64,000 bases of DNA from NCBI GenBank assembly GCA_951804945.1, contig OX638153.1, positions 59,396,001 through 59,460,000 of the forward strand, given 5' to 3'. Shown here piece by piece: positions 53,118-64,000 of the stretch. Positions within the stretch are counted from its first letter, which is position 1; each line of letters starts with the position of its first letter. A model generated the notes under the pieces. The model worked only from the letters and a program-made list of their open reading frames with translations, ran no database searches and was not told the DNA's origin. Position numbers and translations under genes: made by a program. The stretch is from Podarcis cretensis. Taxonomy: Eukaryota.

Positions 53118-53927
53118 AGGCAAACCCAAGTACTCAGTAGAAGATCTCCCCCTCCCTCATCCCTTTCCTTCCCAGCACACGCCTGCCACAGCCTGAGGGA
53201 CTGGGCAGACGAGCCAAAGGAGGTGAAGCTTCCTGGGGCCACCACATTCTTTCCTTCAAGACCAACGTCCTTCCACATTCACTTTACCCCCAGCAGGATA
53301 TGGCTAGATACACTAGGGATGTGGACCACAGTCCAGCACAGGGGTCTGGCAGATGAGCAAACCCTAGCGCCATGGAATGTGATGCTGCTAAAGTGAAGGG
53401 GGGAATCCCCATGCATTCCGAAGAGAGAGCCCCTCCTGCCTTCTTTCCATTTTATGTGGCAGCTGTAGTAGTATTGCTCGATTTGGTTTGGTCACTCGTG
53501 ATTAAGGCTAGCTAGGGGTGCTTCAGACAGCACAACAGGGATGCTCAAGGACCATTTATTTTTTATGGGTCTTTTTAAAGAGAGCATGTAATTTTGCTAA
53601 AGAGTCTTTTTTATTTTTAGTTGTCCCTGGAGTTACGTCTGATTCTGTATTAGGTAACAATAGCCAGCTCATTATTTCATTGCCTTCAAAACGATTGTAG
53701 GAAGGAGTGAAGCTAGGGGAAGAGAAAAGGGAACAGCACCCACCCTGGAATCTCCAGCTGTAATCCCGTAACTTTGCTGTGTAGTGCCAGTAAGCCCAGA
53801 TACTGTGTATCATCATGTGTTGCTTTTCTGCCCCACAGTCTGTGTGGTATCCCTGCCTGATTTAGGGCAGGTTTACACTGGAGCTCACTTCACTGTACAA
53901 TGGCTGCATTTGCCCTAATCTCAGTAA

Positions 53928-53933
53928 AATAAA
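53928..53933 (+). terminator. Candidate PGAM1 polyadenylation signal AATAAA
   Basis: AATAAA about 810 nt after the stop. Confidence 0.7.
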
Positions 53934-54730
53934 GGAATTATGTGCAATAGCTCCTGCGTCTGTACAATCTTATTGATTCCAAGAAATAGTGCTACTTGTT
54001 CCCCCCCCTCCCCCAATGCTGACTCTTCATCTCTCCTTTCCCATTTAGTCACAGTATCTATCCACTGCAAGCAGGTCTGAAAAGGACCCAGGTCATCTTT
54101 TGTTCCATCTTAAAGCTACTGGCTGTGGAGTCCATGTAGGTAAAGTCCATATAAGGACAAGTCTTATGTTCTACTCTAGCTGATCCCCAAACCACTCCCA
54201 AGGTGAGCACTGCAGGTGGTTGGTGTCCCTGTTGGCTTACACACACACAACTGCTACTGATCAACAGGGAAGTACAGTTCCCAAGTACAGGATTCCCCCT
54301 CCACATGGCCCTGCTGGCAAAGAGAGAGATTCAAACCATTATGTTTTCCTTTCCTTCTTTTTTCAGATTTGGTTACTAGTTTACATGTGAATGTCAAAAC
54401 CTTGCAATACTGTGGATACTAAACATAAGCCAGTACCGTATACAGAAAATGTGAACACAAGAGTAATAGGAGGGAACACAAAGGTCAATCCTGGTTTACT
54501 TATATTCAAACATTAATGTTTAGATAGGAACAATATCAAATTTCCTTTGTTTGTGACTAGGCATTCATTCCTTTGGTTCTCCCCCTCGAGTGCCTTGGAG
54601 CTATCTACTTCAAAACTTGGGCACTGCCTGGGATCCTGCACACCTAATCACCACCCTTGCTTCTCTAATAACATATCCTCCCAACAAGGGCAGGGGGTTC
54701 ACTAGATCAAACTATCTAGGACTGAATGTA

Positions 54731-55069
54731 AAAAAGGTAAAGGGGCCCCTGACCGTTAAGTCCAGTCGCGAACGACTCAGGGGTTGCGGTGCTCATCTCG
54801 CTTTACTGGCCAAGGGAGCCGGCGTTTGTCCGCAGACAGCTTCTGGGTCATGTGGCCAGCATGACTAAGCTGCTTCTGGCGAATCAGAGCAGCGCACATT
54901 TACCTTCCCACCGGAGTGATACCTATTTATCTACTTGCACTTTGATGTGCTTTTGAACTGCTAGGTGGGCAGGAGCTGGGACCGAACAACGGGAGCTCAC
55001 TCCCTCGCGAGGATTCGAACTGCCGACCTTCCGATCGGCAAGCCCTAGGCTCAGTGCCATCCATGTCCC
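54731..55069 (-). mobile_element. Sauria SINE with 13-bp target-site duplication
   Basis: TSD aggactgaatgta at 54718-54730 and 55070-55082; aaaggtaaagg tail; ggattcgaac B box. Confidence 0.92.
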
Positions 55070-55147
55070 AGGACTGAATGTACCCAAGTTCAAAGGAGGA
55101 AGTTAACCTTCTCTAGAGAAAAACTTTTATATCGCCTATAGGTGGTA

Positions 55148-55211
55148 TTTATTAAAGATAAAAACAGTACTGCTTATGGCTCAGAAAGGAAGAATGGAAG
55201 ACAGTTTTATT
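55148..55211 (-). terminator. Candidate EXOSC1 polyadenylation signals (two AATAAA)
   Basis: TTTATT on + at 55148 and 55206. Confidence 0.55.
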
Positions 55212-55510
55212 TGTCCTTTTCCAGGTGTGAATATTAAAATCAGGCAGAAAAGACAGGGACAACAGGTAAGAGTTGGTTGGTTTATAAAACAGTACAACAG
55301 CAATATAAAATTAAGAGGAATCTGGAGTTGTCTTCAACTTTTCTTTCCCAGACCATTCCAGAAGCCAAAGTGACCCAGCTCTGTTTTGCACCCTCATAAG
55401 GTCCATTCACAGCAACAGCAAAGGAGGCTGCTTCCATGCCCCTCTAAGCTTGCAAGCTGTAGCAAAGCCTTCCATGTACTTGCTGTGCATCTTTGGGCAT
55501 ACACCATTCC

Positions 55511-55617
55511 CTACGTCTGCAGAAACTGGGGCTGTACTCTGGCTACCTTGCGCAGTTCCTTGCTATGTGTACTGGGGCACTGCATTTCACACCAGCTGAT
55601 TGGCACCATCTGTACTC
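55511..55617 (-). CDS. EXOSC1: EXOSC1 exon 8
   Basis: VQMVPISWCEMQCP...FLQT*. Confidence 0.95.
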
Positions 55618-56905
55618 CTGAAATCAGAACAGAAATCCATAGTTACACAGACACCCTTCCCAGGGAAAGAAAGATTCTTCCACTCATTAAAGGTGCCTTG
55701 CAACCACACTGAGCCCCCCAGATATAGGGAAGAATATAAATTAAATTAAATTAAAATAAATAAATATACCACTACCTGGCTCTCTGAAATTTAGTTGCTG
55801 CATCCATAAACTGCCCTTTTCACTTTACAACCTAAGTGGATATTCTATATTATAGAATGTCTTCCCTCAATAGTGATGTTACTAATGCTTCTTCCTTAAT
55901 CATACATTTAAGAGGTCCAGAATATGTTGGCATGTTCAGTAGATTTCAGCATTATGTACAACCTGCTTAGAACAAGACTGGCCTTACCTGCTTCACTATG
56001 AGCCACCACTACCCCCAGCTCATTTTCCGCTGTTGTCAGCAAATAGTTGGACTGTGCATCACCTAGAGAGATCTAGCCCCACAGGCTGAGTTAAGGTGCA
56101 GTGCTTAAAGATTTCTCTTGCAAATAGCACATATATACACAGCAAATAAAGGCAGAAACAAGAAAAGGATACAACTTTGGCCAAAACAATATCTCCTGGG
56201 CGGAAACTCTTGTAAACCTCTACCTGTCACCATGCATGAGGTGGGAAGGAAAGAGAAAGTGTGAAAAGCCAAATACTGAGAGAACTTCGAGGGAAAGTGT
56301 GCAGTGAAACATGGCCGATCTGAACACGAAGAGGACATCCCATCAGATCTTGTGCTAAGATATCCTTTATCCAGAAATCACAAGCCTTTTCTTCAACAAA
56401 TGTACAAAAGAGGCATTGCTAAATGTCCTCTTGCCCCCACAAGGTTTTGCTTTTCCTCAGGTAAGTTTCCCCAAGAGCAGTAATGATTTTTTTATTTTTT
56501 TTATTTTTTTATCACACGGTTTTCTCCAATGAGCCCAAGGTGGCAAACCCACTTGTCCCCCTCTTGATACTGTCTTCACGGCAACCCTGTGAGGTAGGTT
56601 AGGCAGAGAGATGGTGACTAGCTCAAGGTCACCCAGTGGGCTTCAAAGTCCCCCATGTCCTAGTCCGCCACACACATGTATGTATTCTTGCCAGGAAAAA
56701 ATGCTCCTGGCTATGCGCATTAGGTATACTACTGATTCCCATCACATGTAACCAAAATGTTTATTCCACTGACCTTGTCTTTCTCTGTAGCTCTGACATC
56801 TTCTCTCCTGCAGCAGGAGAAAAGAAGGTAAGAGTTCACCCTAGTCCTCCTCTCCCTCCCCTAAAAGAAAACTGACTATACTGACTCGGCTATGAGTGAT
56901 TGCCG

Positions 56906-56939
<34 letters not shown>

Positions 56940-59900
56940 TTTTTGAGGAAGGGCTGGCTAGTTTAGATGAAAAACCAAGAAGTCTGAACATGAGGCCAAG
57001 CACCTTACTGGATGAAGTACAGTGGTACCTCGGGTTACGTACGCTTTAGGTTACATACACTTCAGGTTACAGACTCCGCTGACCCAGAAATAGTACCTTG
57101 GGTTAAGAACTTTGCTTCAGGATGAGAACAGAAATCGTGCTCTGGCGGCGTGGCAGCAGCAGGAGGCCCCATTAGCTAAAGTAGTGCTTCAGGTTAAGAA
57201 CAGTTTCAGGTTAAGAACGGACCTCCGGAATGAATTAAGTACTTAACCTGAGGTACCACTGTAGATCTGGGTCTTGCTAGTGGCTAAATGGATGACTGCC
57301 TGGGATCCAAACACTGCCTTGGGTTCCACAACAAAATTATATAAATGAAAGGAACATAAATATAATAAAACAATTCCTACTAGCGCTCAAGTGCTAATGA
57401 TGAGAGTAAAACAAAATATTTATAAGGGCTGGCCTTATGTCCTCTCTAAAAGTGCAGACATCCAACACCTCAGAAGAAGCCTCCACAACAAAGTTGTCTT
57501 CCTACCGGATAGTTCCACGGAATGGGGATTTTAATGGTGTAGAGCCGACATACAAGATGTGCACCTTGGCAAAACGAGAGTTAATGCTGCAAACCTGGGT
57601 GGGAATATTGGGGGTGGGAAAAAGGGGAGAGAAAACCATAATTGAATTTCAGATTGGACAAATCAAACAGAGTAATCACAGTAATCACAGGGAACAGTAA
57701 CTTCAATGCCTCAGCAATTCCCCCTCCCACTTTTCTAAGTAACGAAAGTAATTTTAGGATTGCAGTCGATGATGCTTTCTGCTCTGTGGAGGAAAAAAAT
57801 CAAAGCTCATTTTTGAGATGAAGTACGTGCTTCTTCCTTTCCATCAACAACACTTTGTTCTGGCGAGGGCAATGCTTGCAAGGTTTATAGTGGACTTGCT
57901 AATGAAGGAACTTGGGCTTCTGGTATTCAGGGGCAGAACAGACCAAGAGCCCTGATATTTATTACTAGGGGCTGAGCTCCTGCTCACTGTACTTGCCAGC
58001 TACACTCACCCACTTGTCAACCCGCCTCCTCTTATGCCTCACCAAGTCAACCCCTCCCATTAGAACACATCAAACCACCACTACCTGCTCCCATTAGTTT
58101 GCCCTCAGCTCACCTAGGCTTCCCCCCCTCCAATTCTCTTATCCTCTGATGTTGCTAAGGCCGAAATGGTGTCACTGGAGAGACAGGAAGCAGCAGAGCA
58201 GGATGGTTGATGGGCTGCTGCCTAGCCCTTCCTGGCCATTCTTCCATGGTTCGACTGGGCCAGACACCTGCCTCCATCTCTCTCCTCCTACCACCTTTGT
58301 CTCATCCCCCAACACTGCTGTGATGGGAAAGTAGCTCTCAGAAGTCTGTTGTCACACTGTAGTTTGCAGTGCCACCAGCCAAGCAAACTGCTGTGTAAAA
58401 ACATCCATGCCATTTTATTATATATCAAGACATTTATATCCCACCTTTCCCCACAAAGCTAGTCAAGGTGGCAAACATGATTCTCCTCTCCATACTATCC
58501 TCATAACAACCCAGTGAGATAAGGGAGGCGAAGAGTTGGTGACTAGCTCAAGATCACCCAGTGAACTTCATGCCCGAGTAGGGATTTGAACCCTGGTCTC
58601 TCAGGCCCTAATCAGACACTTTAAGGAGTACACCACATAAAAAGATGTAGAAAACATTGCTCAGCTGCAATAGTCAGGCTTGTGGCAAACAGCTTCTATA
58701 TCTGGTTCACAGCCAAACATGTTGCTTTCCTTGGCCCGCCAGTAGATGAATCAAAGACAATTCTAATGTGCCAAGATAGAAATGAGGTTACCTTGCACGT
58801 CACTGTAGCTCCCACATCAGGAAGAAGCTGAGATTCCACGTCCCTCATCACAGAAACCACCGGGAGCTAAAGAGAAGCAAAGAAGACTAGTCATGATTTA
58901 TTTGACGCATTGCTTTAGAGCCGTGCTCATCAACCACAGGTCCTCAGGTGTGGATGGACTAAAACTCCCATCAACCCCATCCAGTTTAGCCAATGGCCAG
59001 GGATAACAGGTGTAGTTCAACAAATCTGGGGGACTCATGGTTGAAAACTACTGACTTACAAGTGTTACGATGACACTATAAGATAACCATGTTTCAAAAC
59101 TTCTTCTGGATTACCAGCTGACCATAAACTTGTTGCTGTTGTTAATATTTATTAAATTTGTATACCACCCTACATCCACAGGTCTCAGGGCGATTCACAG
59201 GATAATATAAATGTAAGCATCTAATCACTACAGGTGCCACAGTATACATTTCAGGCTTTATAGGGTGTCATGATTATGCACCATCCAGTTCACATGACAT
59301 GAAGCTCACCTGCCTTCTTGCACAGACCCACCTCCAGTCAGGAATCTGTGAGACCCAGAACAGCTCCACAGCTATTCACAGAATCATGCTGTAGAGTTGG
59401 AAAGGACCCTGAGGATCATCTAGTCCAACCCCCTGCAATGCAGGAATATGCAGCTGTCCCATACGGAGATCAAACCTGTAACCTTGCCATTATCAGCACC
59501 ATGCTCTAACCAACTGAGCTATGTTGACTCATCCAAGGTCACAGTTATGCACTCCCAACCTCCCCAGATCTGTGACTTGGTTCCTCTTTTGGTCCTACAC
59601 TATGAACTAGCACTGCTCACATCAAAGCATTCTGTCCTTGCAATTCCCACTACACCACCCCCTCATACTGTTGCCCAGAGGTTGCTTCAATCTCACCATG
59701 CCATTCTCACTTTTCTTCATGAGACAACCAGCCAGGGAGGCATAGATCGAACCATGACGGGTGTAGGTGCCGCTTCCGGGGGTTCCTTCCTCTAAGCTGC
59801 AGAGTCTCTCTCCTGCAGGACAGAATGCAAGTCAAACATCTCATTGCCTAGAGTTGACTGTCCTCTCAGACAGTAACAGACACAGCAGGAGAAGCTGTCA

Positions 59901-61149
59901 TAGTGAAAAGCAGGACCAACTCATGTACCCCCAGCCCCATTTATTGACTCCCATCATGCTGTTAACAGGTGCGTATCAAACATGAAAAACTTTCCTATGG
60001 TTTAAAACAGGGGCAGGAGAGGAGGCACAAATCCTAACATTACCCGACTGCGCAACTGCGTTGTAGTTTGCCACAGCTGCCATCCTGAACAGGGACTGTC
60101 CTGATACTCTCCCATTGAGCTACCTAGAGTTGCAAATTTTTACACATCATTTGAGAAGACAGGCGAACTAATGCCAGTGTACTGGAAGAAGCAAAGATCA
60201 CCAGTGTCGAAGCAACAATTCTTCAACATCAACTTCGTTGGACTGGTCATGTTGTTCAGATGCCTGATTATAATCTTCCAAAGCAACTGCTCTATTCCAA
60301 ACTTTAAAATGTAAAGCATAATGCTGGTGGTCAACAAAGAGGTTTAAAGACTCTCTCAAAGCAAATCTTTAAAAATGTAGTATAAACACCCAGGGCCCAG
60401 CGCCCCCAAATTACCGCGGATAGTGGGGGGGGGGGGCGAAGCTGAGCACTGCCAGCCATGGGGGGGGGGCGCAACTCTCCCCCATGCTGCTGCAAGAGAG
60501 CATCCCCGCAGAGGCTTGAGAGGGAAGCTGTGCACCCGCCAGTCATATGGTTGGTGGGGTGCAGCTTCCATCCTAAGCCTCTGCGGGGATCGCTCTCCTC
60601 CCGCGGAGGGTTGGGAAGCAAGCTGCACGCCCGCCAGCCGTATGGTTGGCAGGGCGTAGCTGGCGGGTGTGCAGGGAAAGGGGAGGCCGCTGGCAAAGCC
60701 GCGCAGCTCCCCAACTCGCGGGGGAACCCAAGAGGCCCTGGCGCGATGCACCACTAAGCCCTATGGAAAAGATGGACAACTGGGAAACACTGGCCTGCGA
60801 GCGCTCCAAATGGAGAACAGCCTTTACCAAAGGTATCATGGCTGGAACTCAGGACGAAAGGGAGAAACTTGCTAAGAGGAAGGCACGCTTGGCAAATCCT
60901 CACCTTGATCAACTCCCGCCTGGCAACCTATGTCCCCACTGTGGAAGGACGTGTGGATCCAGAATTGGCCTCCACAGTCACTTAACGGACTCACCGTTAA
61001 AACCGTGTTCATGGAAGACAATCACACTCGGCTACGAAGAAGAACTTCAACAGCGCGACCTCGTTTTTGCACCCAGCCAGGACGCCTCCCTCCTCCCGCC
61101 CCGGCTCTCCCAGTCACCCACCAGGGACGCAGTACCGCGCGGGAGCCAT
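55511..61149 (-). CDS. EXOSC1: Exosome complex component CSL4, spliced gene span (8 exons, 585 nt, 194 aa)
   Basis: MAPARYCVPGERLCS...SQLLPDVGA...INSRFAKVHILYVG...[35 protein letters not shown]...ISWCEMQCP...QPQFLQT*. Confidence 0.96.
55988..56072 (-). CDS. EXOSC1: EXOSC1 exon 7
   Basis: [28 protein letters not shown]. Confidence 0.95.
56073..56172 (-). other. U12-type (minor spliceosome) GT-AG intron, EXOSC1 intron 6
   Basis: Donor GTATCCTTTT; branch CCTTAAC at 56096-56090; no polypyrimidine tract. Confidence 0.92.
56173..56223 (-). CDS. EXOSC1: EXOSC1 exon 6
   Basis: [17 protein letters not shown]; U12-type donor follows. Confidence 0.95.
56774..56807 (-). CDS. EXOSC1: EXOSC1 exon 5
   Basis: REDVRATEKDK; 34 nt. 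Confidence 0.93.
56907..56939. repeat. (CAG)n microsatellite, intronic
   Basis: Direct observation, EXOSC1 intron 4. Confidence 0.95.
57020..57261 (+). mobile_element. Tc1/mariner MITE (cagtggtacctc family)
   Basis: Highly similar to 48562-48802; TA flanks. Confidence 0.9.
57506..57594 (-). CDS. EXOSC1: EXOSC1 exon 4
   Basis: VCSINSRFAKVHILYVGSTPLKSPFRGTI. Confidence 0.95.
58430..58640 (-). mobile_element. tRNA-derived SINE (related copy near 56500-56680)
   Basis: gggatttgaaccctggtctc B box; tatcctcataacaaccc body. Confidence 0.65.
58792..58866 (-). CDS. EXOSC1: EXOSC1 exon 3
   Basis: LPVVSVMRDVESQLLPDVGATVTCK. Confidence 0.95.
59697..59812 (-). CDS. EXOSC1: EXOSC1 exon 2
   Basis: ERLCSLEEGTPGSGTYTRHG; 116 nt. 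Confidence 0.95.
60125..61045 (+). mobile_element. RTE-clade LINE 3' fragment with C-terminal CPHC..H zinc finger, interrupted by a nested insertion
   Basis: QLRWTGHVVQMPD...LPKQLLYS...[insert]...DNWETLACERSKWR...CPHCGRTCGSRIGLHSHL. Confidence 0.85.
60391..60774. mobile_element. GC-rich hAT-like non-autonomous element nested in the RTE
   Basis: Splits RTE text ataaacacc|gacaactgg; begins cagggccc; right end appears truncated. Confidence 0.6.
61122..61149 (-). CDS. EXOSC1: EXOSC1 exon 1
   Basis: aggATGg; MAPARYCVP; G|gtgggt. Confidence 0.9.
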
Positions 61150-61560
61150 CCTGCCCGGGGCGAGTCTGTGCGGCCGCCTCTCTGGAGGGAAACGCGCCTT
61201 CCGAAGCAAGCCTCCCCCACCGAAAACGGGGCGCTGAGCCGCTGCCTCATTGGCCAGCTCTGTTGTCACATGACTTCCTCCCCGCGCGCATGCTTTCCTC
61301 CGTGGGCGGAAGAGCTATTATAGAAAGCGGGGGCGTGCGGGGCACACAGAGGGAAAGCCATAGGCAGAGGGCGCGAGGAAACCGCGCGAAGCGACGCGCA
61401 GTGGGTGACGGGAATCGTAGTTCCGCTTGGCGCTCGCGGCGTGGAGTCGCGCATGCGCAAGGGTGAGGGTGGTCAAAGACAGGGAGCAGGATGCATCGGT
61501 GGATGCGGTAACGCGGGGAGCGGGTGGTAGTCTCGGTTTGACTACACCCTGATCATGGCA
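61150..61560. promoter_or_regulatory. Bidirectional CpG-island promoter (EXOSC1 and a divergent gene)
   Basis: NRF1-like GCGCATGC near 61286 and GCGCATGCGC near 61449, GTCACATGAC at 61265, ACTACGATTCCC (ZNF143-like, - strand) at 61410-61421, CCAAT on - near 61249. Confidence 0.75.
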
Positions 61561-62343
61561 GCACCAGGTAAGGCGAGGGGGATCCCTCTGACGCGCGGTG
61601 GTCCTGCGGTGCATGCTGGGGCAGACCTCGTTTCCCCTGCACGCTTCGGGAGAGCCGGTGCTCTTTCGCCGCCGGGTAGCTCCTCTTCTCCATTGCTGCT
61701 TAAGGGCTTCGCCTGTTTGCTAAGGCTGCCGTGCCCGGTTTGGGCAACAAAGCTGGCGCTCGGTGCTCTTCGCTTTCCCAGATATTGCTTAGCAGCGTCC
61801 CGAATGACTGCATCCTTGGAATGCACGTTGGAACAGACCCTCCCCGGGAGGCATGGCTAGAGAGAGCCATGAACCGCTGAACTCGGTAGACACGCGCCTT
61901 CAGGTCCCCACGCCTTTAAAGAGCTTTCGTGGGATGCATACGAATGGTGCTTCTTTTCCTGTCCCCACTCCTCTCTGGGGTTTGTTCCCGCGACCGCCTC
62001 TGGGGCTGTTATGCCTAGAGCAGGCGAGCTGGGGCTCACGCGGAGGTGGAGCTTTAACCTCAGCTGATCTCCTTTTTCTTAGAAAATATAGTGGAGACAA
62101 AATCCCATCCCCCACCCCACTGGGAGCCCATTGACTCACCCACGCAGGTCTCGCTGTCTCATAGCCATCTCAGTGCTTAATCTTCCCTTGTGTGACTTCT
62201 GCTGTTGCTGCCATCTGCTAGAGGGGCAATGCTGCCTTCAGAAATCACCCTTAATCCGTGCTCAGGAAGGATGCCAGCTCTGCTCAACTGGCAGAGAATG
62301 GGCCGAGCTCTGGGTGCATGTGACTACCGGCAGAGACAATGCT

Positions 62344-62396
<53 letters not shown>

Positions 62397-63298
62397 CTGC
62401 TGTAATGTCAACACAGAAGGGCTGCTGTGTGTGAACACTTTTATCTAGCTGCATGTGAGCTGGTACACTTTGCCGGAAAGCTCTAATTTTGACTCTAAAT
62501 GTATTGCCTCATGAAAACTAATTATGTGATATTATTATTATTATTATTATTATTAAATAAATCTCAAAGTGGCTTACAACAATGCATTCTGTTGTGGACC
62601 ACGTAAAATAATCTATTTGCCTTGGGGGTGGGGGAGAGACTTGGAGGTGTTCTTGCTATTTATTTGGCTACTGGGCAGAGCGCTGCAGGGATTCTGCAAC
62701 ATGTTGCTCAATTTTACCAAAGTTTCTACAGAAGCAGAATTAAGAAGATCCAGAACTATGCTGATCCTCTCCCCTCCCGTCCTTGTGAAAATACATTCAT
62801 GTGTGAGAGGCTGTGTGTTATTGTCCCTGTTTAACGTGCAGCTATAACTTACCCTAAGATGAACCAAAATAGGGTCACTTGTGTTCAGACTAACTACAAG
62901 GAATGTACTCTGTTGAGAGCACCAGAACACCTTTTTGAGGCAAGTAGAATTTGAGTGGAGTGAGAGGTTGCTAGTACAATAAGATGTAAGTGGAGATTGG
63001 GCATAATGGTTGCTGCAGAGTCAGCCATAGGCCTACTTTCCTAAGTTTAAAAATCATAATTTGATCTCTCGACAGTGGTGCCAAATTCCTTTTTAGGTCT
63101 CTTTGTTTCATTTCTGCACTGTGACCCCCTTACTAAGTTCCACCTTGCTGGTACTGTCACCACCCCTGAGGGGTTCGTAGGGTCACATTCTCGGTTAATA
63201 TTAATTGGCCAAGATCAGCTTTCTCCAGAGCTGGCCTAGCTCAGGTTCCCTCTTGCTCTTAGATTAGCTGCAGCTTGATGCTGGAGTTCTGCGAGCAG
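61470..63298 (+). other. ZDHHC16: Probable 5' non-coding exons of the divergent gene, likely ZDHHC16 (exon ending 61567; 36-nt exon 63263-63298)
   Basis: Strong CAG|gtaagg donor after 61567; tcttgctcttag|...CAG|gtaagt micro-exon. Gene identity rests only on recalled human synteny; no coding sequence in the window. Confidence 0.4.
62344..62390. repeat. (CT)n(GT)n compound microsatellite
   Basis: Direct observation. Confidence 0.95.
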
Positions 63299-63584
63299 GT
63301 AAGTGCCATCATTTCGTTCCTCCTCTTTTATCATTTTGGCCTCCTTAGCCCTGCTAGCTTTAGTAGACAGGTCTAAATTGGATGTTTTCCCCAACTGAGG
63401 CAGAGATGTCAAGGGAATATGCTGAACTCTCTCAAGACCAGGACTGGGTTTGGGAAGGTATCACTGTTGGCTCCCTTTCGCCAGTCAATTCTTTCTTAAC
63501 CCAGAAATATTTTGCAGAGATGAAAGGATGCATGGCAGCAAGGATTCAATCTTCTCCCTCCCTGCATGTCAGCTCTCTAAATCT

Positions 63585-64000
63585 CTCTTTTTTTTAAATA
63601 TAATTTTTACCAATTTCTTTTTTAACACAATATTTCAGCATACCAATAACAAAACAAATAAATTCTTTGCTCTACTGAGCTCGTGACTTCCCTCCATCCC
63701 TTCAACCGGTTTTTAATTTTCAAATCTTTGTGTCGCACTTTATATCCTCTACTTCAGACCTTTATATCCTTATGATCAACTCTGTCTCAATGGTCTATAA
63801 AGTTTTGCGATTTAGAGTTTCTTAGTTGCAGAATTTATATCAATCCCGCTAGTGTCTTCACATTTTTACAATAATTATTCATATACTCAATAAATTTACT
63901 GTCTTTGAAACTTTTGGTCGTCTTGGTTCCGGATCTTGCCTGTCAGCTTGGCCAGTTCCGCATAGTCCATCATCTTTGTCTGCCACTCCTCAATTGTTGG
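63585..64000 (-). mobile_element. L1/Tx1-like LINE 3' end, continues beyond window
   Basis: - strand PTIEEWQTKMMDYAELAKLTGKIRNQ followed by an A-rich tail. Confidence 0.7.

Noticed and set aside
56907-56939. (CAG)n as a polyQ tract
   Set aside because: Intronic and not in any supported exon
60646-61323. 225-aa ORF with a C2H2-like motif as a novel zinc-finger gene
   Set aside because: Chimera of nested insert, RTE ORF C-terminus and antisense EXOSC1 promoter DNA; TTG start

Overview
Vertebrate genomic DNA from a squamate reptile, probably a lacertid lizard (inferred from Sauria-type SINEs plus abundant Tc1/mariner and hAT MITEs and CR1, L2, RTE and L1 fragments). The window is a compact block with the gene order I recall for human 10q24.1: ARHGAP19 (-, 11 coding exons, 474 aa), RRP12 (-, 34 exons, 1297 aa), PGAM1 (+, 4 exons, 255 aa), EXOSC1 (-, 8 exons, 194 aa), then probably the non-coding 5' end of ZDHHC16 (+). 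I placed the exons by hand from splice signals and phase continuity, and each gene sums to an intact reading frame. Orthology comes from remembered protein sequences, not from a search. I found no convincing novel biological system. The best leads are: (1) an in-frame TGA and a GT-to-GG-like donor in ARHGAP19 exon 11, suggesting C-terminal truncation; (2) no FRAT1/FRAT2 at their human syntenic position; (3) a mariner MITE inserted 18 nt upstream of PGAM1 exon 2 that probably supplies its branch point; (4) a U12-type intron in EXOSC1; (5) a CpG-rich HRE/ERRE/NRF1 module upstream of PGAM1; (6) a TA-CAG-TA excision-like footprint next to a MITE. Most ORFs in the supplied track are chance ORFs or exon/intron read-through.
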